A stretch of 64,000 nucleotides of DNA, taken from Rhizaria sp. SCN 62-66. Lineage: Eukaryota. The DNA lies in contig MEDY01000038.1 of NCBI GenBank assembly GCA_001724265.1, positions 1 to 64,000 on the forward strand. Direction: 5' to 3'. The position numbers and the translations under genes are program-made. The notes under the pieces were generated by a model. It saw only the letters and a list, made by a program, of their open reading frames with translations, did not search any database and had not been told where the DNA came from. Shown one piece after another: positions 13,067-26,542 of the stretch (positions are counted from its first letter, which is position 1; each line of letters begins with the position of its first letter).

Positions 13067-13470
13067 TGAGTGAGCTGCAGGCGCTGCGCAAAGTGTACAG
13101 TTAGCAAAGTGCTTGCAAACAAAGAGTGTTCAACTCTACTTATCATTTTTTTAATATTTATAGAGTCTTATATGTTTATCACGGCCAATAATGTGAATGT
13201 TTTCTGATTAAAAACGAATGACTAAATACAATGCGTGAGTTTTGTGATCCCAATCAGTGATCTTTAGTGGAAATGTTGGTGTTTAATAGAGGTTAAGCGA
13301 ACAGTTGCAGCTGTGCGGCAACGGGCTGTCTCTTGGGAGTTCGACACCTCTGGTTTCTCAAAGCGGTACCGATTCCGTTCTTTCGTCAAATAACGATTTA
13401 TGAGAATATATCGACTTAAAATAGCTATTCCTTTTGATTGTTTGTTTATTTTTCAGCCCAAGTTGCCGGA

Positions 13471-14113
13471 ATGTCGTCTGTTCGCGGCGAAGTGATCAAG
13501 GCCTACCGCTCGCTGCTGCGCGGCGCCTTTAAGGTCTTCCACAACGATGCGCGGATGCGCACCGGTGCGCGCATGCACGCTCGCGAGGTACGTTATTCTA
13601 CAACAACAATACCATACTGCTGCGGTGGGGTGCACTGCTTTCTCTTTTCCCCGTCCCGCATTTCATCGCGCTCTCTCGTGTTGCTCACTCTCACTCTGTT
13701 TTCGTTGCCTCCGCTCTTTCTCTGCGCAGGCGTTCGTAGCCAACGCGGCTGCGACGGATCCCGAGGAGATCCGCGAGATGATCAAGGTTGCGTACGACGC
13801 GCGCGACTACATGTTCCACGCCCTCGTCCAGGTCCAGTACGACGAGACCAAGGGCAAGCACGGTACGCTCTTGCACCACTTAGCAGCGCGATATATCACG
13901 AATATCTTTAACTTATGAAAAGAAAACACGATTTTACTTTGCCACGATGACTTTATATTAGTTATCCGTATATTTTTGCGATAATTATTGATATATGTAT
14001 TCACTTCCTCACCTTTGTGTGTTTTGTGTCCGTTGCACGCAGTGGCCAACCTGGAGGACCGCCACCTTAAGGACAACGAGACGGGCGAGTTCATCGTCAA
14101 GCCGCGCGATTAA
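13471..14113 (+). CDS. LYRM7: LYR-motif protein, probably complex III assembly factor LYRM7/Mzm1; exons 13471-13587, 13730-13862, 14043-14113; TAA stop
   Basis: EVIKAYRSLLRGAFKVFHND...AREAF...DPEEIREMI...LVQ pattern; about 106 aa after splicing. Confidence 0.75.
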
Positions 14114-15095
14114 GCTTGCCGATGCCGCGATCTACGCATTATTTGCTGTGCTGCCCCTCGGGGACCTGTTTGTCGCGTGTCATGCGATGCGAGCCGACTG
14201 GTTGGGGCTTGAGCAGTGATGTCACTATTATATATTCCCGATGTTACAGAGTCACACCTTAGTTTTATCAGAACAAAAATAAATAAATGTATAATTATAA
14301 GTTATTCCTATGCAATATTGCAGATTAGACTCAATATCTCTTCACTAAGGCACATTTAATAGGGTTTGCATGGCACAGACGAAGAAACGAACACTGTTTC
14401 AGCTGACGCTGGCCGCTGATGGCGAGTTTGTGGCGTAGCAGCGGTGTTGAGCAAGCAGCGATTCACCAATGGACGATTCCCGGCGCTTTCCTTCGTGACA
14501 GAGTCATTTTGGTTGATGAAGTAGAATGTGTACGCTACGGGTAATATTTCTCTTTTGTGCGGCTGCTATTGGGGTTTATGGTCGTGCGTGTGTTTGTGTG
14601 GCGTTTTGCCAAGATTCGGTCGCGACGCGTGTGTCCTTTGGGCTGCGAAACTGTCCCCGGCCTTAGAGCATCTTCCCGTACTCTGTTTCTGATACGACCC
14701 ACACATCACACGAGCCAGATAACGTTGTGCGACCTAGTTATGCTGTTGTTCCATCGGAGCACTGCTTTCAGGATATGCAGCGACTCCGACTGGCTATTCC
14801 AAGCGCACCGCAACCGCGCCCTTATCTTCGCCCCTCAATCCTTAAAAGCACCGGGATATACGCATGTAAACGGATTTTTTGTTTATTCTCCAATGTAACT
14901 CTGTGCAATCCTTTCATTAGTTCTTGGGTATACGTTAAATATTTACGTATCCTCGCGATATTTTTCATTTAATATTCCCCGCCACCCCTCTTATCTCTCC
15001 TTTCCTCTCGTCATTGCCGCCCCGCGCGCCACCCCACCCCGTCTTTCCCCCTTCGCCCCACCGCGCCCCGCGCGCACCCCCGCAGGTCTGGAACC

Positions 15096-18000
15096 ATGGG
15101 CCGCCACGGAGCTCCCCTCCCGTTCGGCGCCACGGCCACTTCCGGTCCCTCCAGTGCCAGCGCCAGCACTCGGTCGGCGCGGTCGTCACGGCCCCTGCTA
15201 GTGTCGCTGTCGGCCGCCACGCTCTCGGCGCTGCTGCTGGCGCTGCTGGCGCTGCTCTCGGCCCACGCTGTCACCCCCGCGCTCGCCTCGGCCGTCTCGG
15301 CAGAGTCTGCTCTCAGTGCCGCCGCCGCTGCCAGTGCTGCTGCGAGGACTGTTGTTGGTAACGACTTCGAGCAGTACGACGAGTACGAGATGAACGACGG
15401 CGGCGGCGACCACGGCGACGACGACGAGTCCGACCACGACGACTACGAGGACGAGGACACCAACAGCCGCCGCCGCCGCAGCGCGCCCTACGGCGCCGCC
15501 TCGACGGCCAACTACTACAACAAGGGCAGCCAGACTCTGCGCTCTCCGCAGCGTCAGAGCCACGCGCCCGCCTCGGCGCGCTACGCCACGCAGCCCCAGC
15601 GCGCCAACAGCGCCGCCGCGAACCACAACAACAACAACAACAATCACGCTGCCGCTGCTGCCCCGGCGCACGCGCCGTCCCCGTTCGCCACCGCCGCCGC
15701 CGCCGCCGCGCCCGCGGCTCCCGCGGCTCCCGCGGCGCCCGCGGCGCCCAGCCGGCGCAACCGGCGGTCTGCGTTCGCTGCGCACCCGGTCTCGGCGATT
15801 GAGACGATGCAGGCGGCGACGAGCGACTCGCACCGGTTCACGCGGCCCGCGGGGCAGGTGAAGCTGCATCAGCCCGAACAGTTCCGCACGCTCACCGTCA
15901 AGCTGCTCGACTCGCCGCTCGTCGACATGAAGTGGTCCATGAAGAAGAAGGCGGGCGTCTTCACGCAGCACGTCGTCTTCGGACTCTCAGCCCACGGCGT
16001 GCTCTACCGCTCCGTCGACGGCGGACACGTCTGGGAGAGCCAGGTGCGTTTTGTGCAATCGTCTATATATCTCGATGACAACTCTTTTGATTAAATTAAG
16101 TTTGTGATAATATGTGTTTGTTTCATATTTTAAACTAGTATGTGTACTTTTATTTCATATCTCACCTCTCTTGTATCGCATATATTTCCTTATTGCTCTT
16201 TTGCTACTTTTAGGCTGACCGCGTGAACAACGCGCGCGTGCTGTCTGTGCACGTGTCTAAGGCGGACTCGTCCTACATCGCGTTCCGCTGCGCGCACGGC
16301 GTGCACTGGTTCACGCCTGACGCGGGCACGACGTACCACTCGCCGAAGGAGATCATCTACCTGCACAATCACCCGCGCACGCAGTCCGACTCGCCCTTCT
16401 TCGGCGGCACCTCAATCGACCCTATCTCGTTCCTGTCCGAGGTCGTGGCGGGCATCAACTCGGCGCTCGCGGGCGAGGACACGGACCCGGCCAACGAGGT
16501 GATCCCCGAGCACGTGGCCGAGACCGTGAGCACGATGCACGTGTCCGACTTCAAGCTGCACCCGACGCAGCCGGCGTGGATCCTGGCCTCGGTCCACTCG
16601 CGCGGCTGCCTCAAGGGCGCCGTGGCCAACCCGTCGGCGGCGGAGGCGGCCGAGGAGGCGCAGTTCGGCGAGGCTGACGCGCGCACGCTCTGCTACCAGC
16701 GCCTCATGCTCTCGCTCGACAACGGTCACAACTGGAAGCAGATCGTCTCGCACGTCATCCAGTTCGACTGGGGCGCGCCGGCACCCAAGGGCAGCGTCGA
16801 GGAGAAGCGCGTCTACGTGACGGGGTACCTCGAGAACGACGTACAGCCGGTGACGACGTCGTGGGACCCGAATATCCACTTCATGACCTCGACCGACTTC
16901 TTCCTCGATGCCGAGCTGCTGGTGGCGCACGGCAACCGGTTCTTCACGGGCCACGGCTACTTGTTTGTGGCGGCCGACGACGTGTCGAGCGAGCTCGAGA
17001 ACGACGTTGCGCTCTTCATCCGCGCGCCCGGCTCCACGGATTTTGTGCGCGCGCACATCCCCGTCGAGGGGCTCGACCAGTTCTCCTACACCATCCTGGA
17101 CACGAGCGAGTCGCAGGTCTTCCTGCACATCAACCACGCGCCGCTGGCCGAACGCTCAATCTCGGGCAACCTCTACGTCTCTGAGGCCAACGGCACCATG
17201 TTCTCGCTCTCACTGCGCAACCTGCAGCGCTCGCCCGAGGGCCACTGCGCCTTCGCCAAGGTCGAGGCGCTCGAGGGCATCTTCCTGGCCAACTTCATCC
17301 CCCAGGATGAGGCCGCCGAGGCGGACCCAGACCTCTACCGCTTCGCGGGCATGGGACAGGACGGTACGTCGGTTGTTGAGATATTTTTTTCCCACGCATA
17401 ATTGCACATTATCGTTCTCTACTATTGTTTTTTTAATGTATGTAAATGCACTACTAAGGTTAAGCATGAATCATTTATTCAAAAATACTCACATATCTTT
17501 TCTTTGTTTTCTCCTCTTTTTCTCCCCAGGCACGATGGGCGACGCCGCGAGCGTTCACGGCCGCGGCGCCTCCGCCGCCCGCCAGCGCCAGGCGCGCGCG
17601 ACGACCGCGATCTCGTTCAACAAGGGCGCGCAGTGGTTCTACCTGTCGCCGCCCGAGAAGGACTCGCTGGGTAACGACATCGTGTGCCAGCCCGACGCTT
17701 CTGGCCAGCCCTGCCGTCTCCACCTGCACGGACTCGCGCAGGACGAGTACGGTCCCTTCTACAGCGACGAGCGCGCGCCCGGGCTGATTCTCGGCACGGG
17801 CTCCGTGGGCCACTACGTGCACCAGCACATGGGCGGCGTCAACACGTTCCTCTCGCGCGACGGCGGCTTCTCGTGGTACGAAGTGTTCAAGGGCTCGCAC
17901 GTGTATGAGTTCGGCGACCACGGCGGGCTCATCGTCATGGCCGACGACACGGCGCCGACGCAGTACCTCTACTTCAGCTGGGACGAGGGCGCGACGTGGG

Positions 18001-19746
18001 AGGGCGTCATGATGACCACGCTGCCCTTCCTCGTCGAGAACATCGTCATCGAGCCCGACAACATCAATGTCCAGTTCATCGTCTACGGCTACATGCCTGA
18101 GACGGCGAACCAGCACGTCGCCGGCGAGATTCACGCGCGCTCGCCCGCGGGCCGCGCCGCCGCCGGGGGCGCGTCGTCCTCGGCCGACGCGGGTGTGGTC
18201 GTCTTCGTCGACTTCGCGGACCTGCACAAGCGCAAGTGCTCCGGCTTCAACACGCCCGGCGCGGCGCAGTCCGACTACGAGTACTGGACGCCGCACGACG
18301 ACCGCATGGAGGGTCAGTGCCTGATGGGCCGCCGCGTGACGATGGTGCGCCGCAAGCAGTATGCGCAGTGTTTCAACCCCGTGGACCGCGTGCCGGTGCA
18401 GCAGGTTTCGCGCTGCCCGTGCACTATCTCCGACTATCAGTGCGACTACGGCTACGTGCGCGAGATCGAGGGCGGGCCGTGCGTGCGCGACGCCTCGGAC
18501 GCGCGCTACCGCTCGCTCGAGTCCATCGTCGCCGGCAAGGACTGCAAGGACACGTACCTCTTTTCCAAGGGCTACCGCCGCGTGCCGGGCAACGTGTGCA
18601 TCGGCGGCCGCGAGTGGGAGCCCACGGTGCGGTCCTGCCCCGGCCGCATCCGCATGGGCATGGTGCTCTTCCTGGTGCTCCTTGTTGGCGGGCTCGGCTA
18701 CGCGCTGCTGCACTACCACAACAAGCACGACCTGGCGCAGGTTGCGCTCGACTTCTACGACCGCGTCTACGGCAACAAGGCCTACGCCCTCATCGGTACG
18801 TCGTCGAAACAAAGATATCATCATTTTAATATAGAGCTACTATAGATATGTGTACTATTGTGGATTTATTATCGCTTATATGTATTTTTTAACCTTTTTT
18901 AAAAATATATTTCACTAATCTTATGCCTCTTCATTTTTTCCCCCTGTTTTCACAGGCTCTGGCACCCGTGGCGCCCACGGCGGCGACGACGACGACGACG
19001 ACCTGGAGGCCGACATCGGTCCCTCCTACTACGACGCCGCCGCCATCTCCTCTTCCAACGCAAAGCCCGCTGCCGGCGCCAGTAGTGCCAGCGCGGGCGC
19101 GAAGCGCATGGGCGGCTTCCACGGCAACAGCGCCGCGCACGCGGGCGCGGGCGGCGACGACACGACCGACAACGACCTAGACGGCGGCAGCAGCTACACG
19201 GGCGCGGGCGTGGTGCAGTCCGCGGCCGCGACGGCGCGCGGACTGGGCGCCGCCGTGGCGTCGTCGCTGTCGGCGGCCACGGGCCTCAGCGTCGCGGGCG
19301 TGCGCGCGACCGCCGCGGGCGGCGCCACCTACTCCGCGCTCCCCGCCGCGGGCGCGAGCGGCGCCAACGCGGGCGCGATCAGCTTCAAGGGCACGGTCGA
19401 CGACTCGGACGACGACCCGCTGCTCGCCGCCGCGGCCGCGCGCACCGGCGCCAACAACGCCACGGGCGCTGCCGCTGCTTCTGTGAAGAGCAACGGCGGC
19501 GGCGTGCCGTCCGCGGCCTTCGACGACGAGTCTTCGGGCGCCGAGCACATCTCCATCAAGCCCAACGCCAGCGCCAACGCCGTGAACGGCAGCGGCATCA
19601 CACCTGTGTTCGGCAAGCTGCCCCCGGCTGCGCCCGCGGCGGCGGCGGACCTGTCGGCCTATGCGGCGAGCGCGATCCCGCTGCCGCCACGCGGCGAGGA
19701 CGACGAGGCGCGCACCAAGGCCGCCTTCAACCTCCTCGACGAGTAA
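15096..19746 (+). CDS. VPS10: VPS10/sortilin family sorting receptor; exons 15096-16043, 16214-17363, 17530-18795, 18956-19746; TAA stop
   Basis: Asp-box repeats (RSVDGGHVW, SLDNGHNW, SFNKGAQW, SRDGGFSW, SWDEGATW), Cys-rich 10CC region (CPCTISDYQCDYGY, GYRRVPGNVCIGG), single TM segment, acidic dileucine C-terminus (FNLLDE). Confidence 0.93.
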
Positions 19747-20197
19747 GCTCGGCAGCCATGGCTGCCATGTCGGTGCAGGAAGCGAGGTGTTTCGGTCAGG
19801 GTGAGTTGTGAAGCTGGTTGGAGGTGTTGTGCTTTGAGTTTGCGTTTGAACGTACATTTGTATAGTATACGTAGTCGTCAGGAGGGAGTTGTAAGAGAAT
19901 AGTAATATTCGTAGTATCAGTGGCTAGTCTTAGTTTCGTGAACGTATTGTGTGTACGCTAATGATGCGTTGGTTGTGTTTGTGTTTGTGTTTTGCTTAAC
20001 ACAACACAATCAACGACATTTGAGCACCCACACACACCTGCGTATTCGCATAGAATTAGTACTGCTGCACGTGTAAGTATATTAGAGAAAAAAGAAGTAA
20101 TAAAAAAATGAATAAATTAACTGTATAACTATCTAACACTGAATCTTTAAACTTTGAGTGGCAACACAACCTTTAAACGTCGTCACTTTCGCTCACA

Positions 20198-23100
20198 TCA
20201 CATCACGTCTTCGCCACGCGCAATGCGCTCCAGATCTGCGAGACAAGCGTCCCTCTGCGGACTGGCCTCAAACAACGCAGCCAGCAAGTCGGCAACCTCT
20301 GCGCTGGTGAGGCTCCACAACACGCCGTCCTTGGCGAGCGCGCGCACAACGCGGAGGTTGAGGTCCTCGTGCAGCAACAGCGCGACGGCGCAGAAGCGCA
20401 GCCATGGTAGCGCGCGCTGCGGCGGCGGGCCCAGCGGCGGCAGGTTCGCGGCCAGCTCCTCGTCGCTAAGCGCGCCGCCCGCCGCCGCGTTGGCCGCGCG
20501 CACCTGCCGCTGCGCGTCGCGCACCGCGCTCAGGTGGGCCTCGAGCGCAGCGAGCTCGGCGCGGCCGCAGAGCCCCGCGAGCGCGGCCCAGTCCGCGGGC
20601 GCAATGTGCGTGTGCGCGAGCAGGCGGCGGCCGGCCGAGGCGGCGACGACGTGCGCCAGCGGCGCCTGCAGCCGCGCGGGCAGCACGGCCGCGATGCCGC
20701 CCGGCGGCAGCTGCTCGGGCGGCACCTGCTGCAGCTCCGTCACCGTCTGCGCGGCGTCGGCGCCCGCGACGGCGGCCAGCGAGACGGCGGCCGTGCGCGC
20801 AAGGATCTCGGCGGCGAGGCGGAAGAGCCGCGCCGTGGCGGCCGTGGAGAGGTCGGGCGCGTCGAGCACCCAGGCCGTGAAGCGCTCGGCCACGGGCAGA
20901 GTCAGTGCGGCGGCCACGGTGAGCCCGCGGAACTGCCCGCGGTCGCCGGGGTCGCGCAGCCGCTGCCACGGGACGACGGCGGCCTCGGCGACGGCGACGG
21001 CGGACTGCACGGCGCGGGACACGGCGGCCGCAACCATCGAGACCTCGATGCCCGCCACGCCGGAGACTGAGTCGAGACGGGCCACAACGGCGGCCTTCTG
21101 CAGCCGCAGCTGCGTCTTGAGCGAGGCCAGCGCCGCGGCGCGCACCTGGCTGGCGCACGCGGCGAGCAGGGCGCCCGGGGCCGTCGGTTCCACGACGCTG
21201 GAGAACATGTCGATGTCGCCGGGGTTCGCGGTGCTAAGCGCGTGTGCAGTGGCGGCGACGAGGGCAGTCGGCACTGCGGCAGCCGCTGACGGCGCAGTTA
21301 ACTGAGGCGGGAACAAGGCCGAGGCTGGAACGAGCCACGGGACACTGAAGGGCTCAGGCTTGCGATTGTCGCTGCCAATGCTCCTCGCGCGAGATTTCTG
21401 TTGTTGCTGTCGCTCTGCCGCGTTGATATTGCGCCGGAGGTGACGGCGATTCACGATCGCACCAAGCGCCCCGCTGAGGCTATCGATCTCAACCTCGCCA
21501 TCGTCATCATCATCGTTGTTTTGGTCCTGATTGTCGGCGTTCGCTTCACCCGTGACCTTATCGTCGTCGTCATCGTGGAGGTCAACGCGGATGAGCGTAG
21601 TGCTGCCGAGCGCGGCCGCCGCGTCCATCGTGCTCTTGCTCAGCAGCAGCGCTACCGCAGCGGCGTCTAGCACCTTCGCCTGCGCGCCCACGCCCGGCGC
21701 AGCGCTCGCTGACGCCGCTGCAACAGTGGCCTTGACGGCGGCAACCGCCGCGTCCAGCGCGCTCGCCACAACGCCCGCCTGCGTGGTCAACAGGTGCGCG
21801 TCCAGATACGCCCCCGCGGCCGCAGCGGGCGCGCGCCGCCGCAGCTGGCCCGCGGGCAGCGTGGCGGCCGCGGCGGCGACAGCGCTGGCCTCGGCCCCCG
21901 CGACGGACGCCAGTGCCCACAGCGCGCAGATCGGGGGCGAGAGCAGAGAGGAGATGAGGGCGGCGCCGTCGCGGGCCTGCAGAGGTGAGCGGGACAGCAC
22001 GGCGCGCGCCGCTGCAGTCTCGGCCTCCGCGACGTTGCCGCTGACACTGCTCGCACCGGCACTCGCAGGCGCGGTTGAGACCTCAGCCTCGACTGCGGCC
22101 CTGGCGAGCGAGGCGACGGTGAGCACGAGGTCGCCGCACGCGAGCGCGCGCGTAGCGGCCAGCGCGGCCCGGTGTAGCGCGCGCGCAAGCGCCACGGCCG
22201 AGAGCGCGAGCGTGACGGGCAGCGGGTTGCCGTGCGGATCGCGCCGCGCAGAGGGGTCGTCGACCACGGAGCGCGCAAACGACAGCGTGACGGAGTAGCA
22301 CGACGCGGCCGCCGCCGACAGCGCCGCGGCGCCCAAGGGCGGGTGCGGGCCCAACCCGCTGCATGCGGCCTCCGCAGCCGCAGTGCCCGACGCATGTGCG
22401 GTGTTGATGGTCTTGCTGTTGCTGAGAGTAGCGAGCGCGGCGGGCAGCGCGGCGACGGCTGCGAGCACGCGCTGCGGCGACAGAGAGAGCAAGGCCTCGT
22501 CGCCAGTAGCGTCGTCTTCGGTGGCCGCCACCTGCGGCAGCGACAAGAGCGCTAGATACGACGCGGGAGCCGACGGCAGCGCCGCAGCAACCCAGGGAGC
22601 GACTAAGCCTGGTCCCGACTCGGGAGTACTCGCACTAGTACTCACAGTTGTCTTAGGTGTGTCGCCCGAGTTGGCAGTGCCCGCAGCGGTGGCGATGGCT
22701 CCGAGCTTCTGCGCCAACCACTGCGCAGTGCGCGCGGCCACCTCGTTGGCGTCTGCGTCCTCGTCGTTGGCGTCGCCGGCGACGGCGCAGGCTTCGGCCT
22801 CGAGCGGGAACAGCATCGGCAACGCTTCGACAGCGACTGGCTCGTCCTCCTCCTCCTCCTCCTCTTCCTCCCCGTCCGCGCCAGCAGCAGGCTTGCTGAT
22901 GCTGCTCGGAGACTGCGTGTCAGCAGTGAGGCGCAGCAGCCGCGCGGCGCGGCGCGCGGCCGGCCCCAGCGCGGCCGCAACGGCGGAGCGCAGAGTGGCC
23001 TCCGTCTTGGCGGCCCACAGTCGCCAGAAAGTCCAACCTGCCCCGGCACTCGCAGGCGCCCTAGCGCCGGCGGCTGTGACCGCGCGGTTGTCACAGAGGC

Positions 23101-25993
23101 GATTGCTGGGGAGCAGCAGAGCCGCGACGGAGCCCGCAGCCGCACGCTGCGCCGCTTCGAGCGCGGGGCCAGCAACGGCAAGCAGCGGTAGCAGCAGGTG
23201 CGGGGCAGTGTGCGGCGGCACCAAGGCCGGCGCGGCGGCGGCGGCGACGGCGGCAGTGGCCGCTTCGACCAGCCAGTGATCGGCATTGCTGCTGTCACTC
23301 TTGCTATAGGGAAGCAGCAGGTGCAGCAGCCGGTCCCAGCCCGCCGTCGCGCCCGCGGTCCACTGCAGCCAGGGCAGACGGTCAGCAGCGACGTTGCCAG
23401 CGAGGCTGTTGTTGTTGAGATACGACTCGACGCCAGGCAAACTGCCGGCAGCCACTGCCGCCGAGACGGCTGCCGCAGCCCCACCAGCACTGCCAGAGCT
23501 GAGCCTGTCGACGACGGCGCGCACCGCCGCCTCCGCCTCATCACTGTCACCGTCGGTACCGCAGTGGTCGTCGTCCTTGCCACCACTGAGCGCAGCGGCG
23601 GCCAGCGCGGCCGGCAGCGCGGTCGCGAGCGCGAGCGCGGCGGCGCGAGACGGCAGCGCGCCGAGGCCGCCCCAGCTCCGGGCGAGGGCGCATCGAGCAC
23701 GGTGTGACAGCGCGAAGGAGGGAGATGACGACTCTGAGATTGGAGACTGGAGCTGGGGCGGCAGCAGGCGCGCGGCGGCGGCGGCGGTCGCGGTCGGGTC
23801 CGCCGCCACGCGCACGGTAACGGCGCCGGACTGCGGACACGTGCGCACCGACGTGGCCCAGTGCAGAGGCGCGCGGGGGCCGGAGGGCACGGCGACCGGG
23901 GCCCCGGGGGCCACCGCGAACGCGCCGCTCGCGGTGGAGTGCAGAGACAAGTTATCGGCGACATACAACGCCCACGCGGCGCGCGCCACGCGGACTTCCT
24001 CCTCGTCTTCGTCGCCGTCAGCGTCGTCGTCTTGATCATCGTCGTTGCCGCCGTTGTCGCAGAGCAGCGACGGCTCGCGCAGCAGCGTCGCGGCGACGGC
24101 GGCGTCCGTCTCGCTCACGCGCGCCGACTGCAGCGACAGTGCGCTCGGCGCGCGCACGACTACGGTGGCGGCGGCGGCGGCGACGACGGCGTCGCGGCTC
24201 CGCGCGCCCACGGGCGTGTGCGTGCGGGCTGTCAGAGTCGACAGCGCAATGACGCCGTTAGACACGCCATCAGCAGCGGAGGTTGCTGAGTTCACAGCGA
24301 CCGCTTCGGGCCCGGCGCCAGTGCCTGCGGCCGCGGTGGCGAGCGCGCGCGCCAGCGGGGCGGCAACCGTGGCCGCCAACGCCGCGGCGAGGTCGCTGCG
24401 GAGCGCGTCTAGGTGCCCACACTCGCCCGCACTTACACTCGCGTCGGCAGCAGCGTCGGCAGCAGCAGCTGGGGCAGCCGCTACCGCATTCGCGTTGCGG
24501 CAGTGGCACTGGTGCAGCGCCCGGAGCCAGTCCGCGGCGGCCGTCAGCGCCGCCGTGCTCACGGTCACCTCGAGCGCGCGCCCCGCCGCGACGGCCAGTC
24601 CCGGGCACGCGCGCGCGAGGAGGCGCCGCACGGCGCAGGCGGACGCACTGGCCGGGGTCGAGGCCGCGCAAGACAGCGACTGCTACAACGACGGCGGCAG
24701 CGGTAGCGGGAGCCCGGGGCCCAGGACGGCGCCGGCGGCGGCTGCAGGGCATGCTACAGGGCGCGCTGCTGAGCGCGCTGCGGGGGCAGCAGGCGAGTCA
24801 ACGCCCTCAGCAGCAGCGGCGGCGGCGGCGGCGGCGGCGGCCGCGGAGCCGCTGTGGAGCGAAGTCACTTCAGTCGCCCAGCGGGGCGCGGCAGCAACGG
24901 CGGTGTTGGCGGACAACGGCACTGCACCAATGAGCGCGATGCCACTGTGGCGGTGAGCAGCGTGACCGTGGGCAGAGGCCGCGAGGTGCCCGTAGCTGGC
25001 GGTGAGGCCGCCCACGGTCACCCCCAGCCGCTCCCGCTCCTGCCCGCGCTCGCAGTCACGTGTACAGTCCCCCGCGGCGGCTGCAGCGGCTGCAGTGGCA
25101 GTGGCACTTGCAGTGGACGCCGCAGAGAGCCACACGGCGTGCGCGCGCAACCCCCAGCGCAGGGCGAAGGCGCGCACGGCCAGCGGCACCTGAGCGCCCG
25201 TCGCCGCCGCCGCGGTGCGCCACAGTCGCAAAACCGTCTCGGACAGCGCGCCGCGCGGCTCTGCGCCGCCCCCCTGGATGCCGGCGTGAGCGGCCGCGGC
25301 CGCGGCAGCGTTGACGGGCTGAGGCAGCAGGCCGAGCGCCTTCATGAGCACGCGGAGCCTCGCGCTGGCCTCGACGACTGCCGCAACGGCCGTCGCGAGT
25401 GCTTCCGTCGCCTGCGCCTCCGCGGCAGCATCATCCTCGGCCGACACTGTCGTCACCGCGGCGCCGGCCGCAGCGGCCGCGGCGACGCCCTCCGCCGCCG
25501 CGGCGAGCAGGCGCGCGCACACGGCGGCGGCGCGAGCGCCCGCCAGCCCGTCCGCGGCGGTCGCGATCGAGACGGAGAAGGCCTGGTGCTGCGCCTCGAC
25601 CGCGGCGGCGCGCGCAAGCGGCGCGGGCTGGTCAGGGCGCTGCGCCGAGGGCATCGTGGCAAGTCGCGTCAGCGCGGTGGCCGAGGCGGCGGCGGCGGCG
25701 GCGGCCGCGGTAAGGGGCCGCATGGTGGGTGCGATTGCGGGCTTCGCGGGAGCAGGGGCGGTCAGTGCAGGCAGAGATGCCGCAAGCGCGGTCTCAAGCT
25801 CGGCCAGGCGGGCCGAGAGGGCGTCCGAGGAGGCCCATTGCGCGTCGGGGTCGGCGAGGGACGCTGACGGCGACGACGGTGATGTGGGAGTGGCACGAGA
25901 AGCAGGCGAGGCTGGCGCGCGAGAGGATGCAGCACACCAGGACGCAAGCGGCGCGGGAAGTGGAAGCGGCGCGGGCGGGGATGCTGTTGCCAT
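20198..25993 (-). CDS. ZW10/Dsl1-like tethering protein, extremely Ala-rich, about 1930 codons, apparently intronless; one in-frame TAG (24685-24683); TGA stop
   Basis: C-terminus 'WLRFCAVALLL...LTSAEVADLLAALFEASPQRDACLADL' resembles the ZW10 C-terminal motif; ORFs 26014-24683 and 24631-20198 share a frame and are separated only by one TAG. Confidence 0.65.
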
Positions 25994-26542
25994 GGGGATG
26001 TTAGGCAGGATCAATTAATCTAGGGTCAGAAAGGAGGGCTGGGGAGACGATGGGAAAGAGGAGACGTAGAGCTGGTGTCAGCAGAGGAAGTCACGCGAAG
26101 AAAGGGCGCCGGGGAATAGCGAGGATCGACGCCTTTCAAAAGAATATTTCAAATTCACAACTAATAGTAAAATTGGTATCATAAGCACTAAAAATCAGAA
26201 GTAATGACGCTCAATTGGAGTCTATGCTGCGGAGATCTGAAGTGACTTGGGCGGGTGCCCAGTCGACCACAACGCAACGGCAGCCTCATCAAGCTGCGGC
26301 ACCTTGCTGCGAGGCCCGTCAACGTGCATGGATTGCGCCTACTTCCCGTCGATCAGCTCCATGTAGCGTAGCTTCACAGATTATAGATGTTGTATTTGGT
26401 ATAATATTATTTCCATACATTGTGAGTCGCTGTTCTTATCTCACATGCCCCACTCTTTCCCTGCGCACCTGCACCCACTCGCCGCACATCTCACCACCCT
26501 TCCCTGACGCCGCCCGCGCCCCGCCCTTTACTCACAGCAGCT

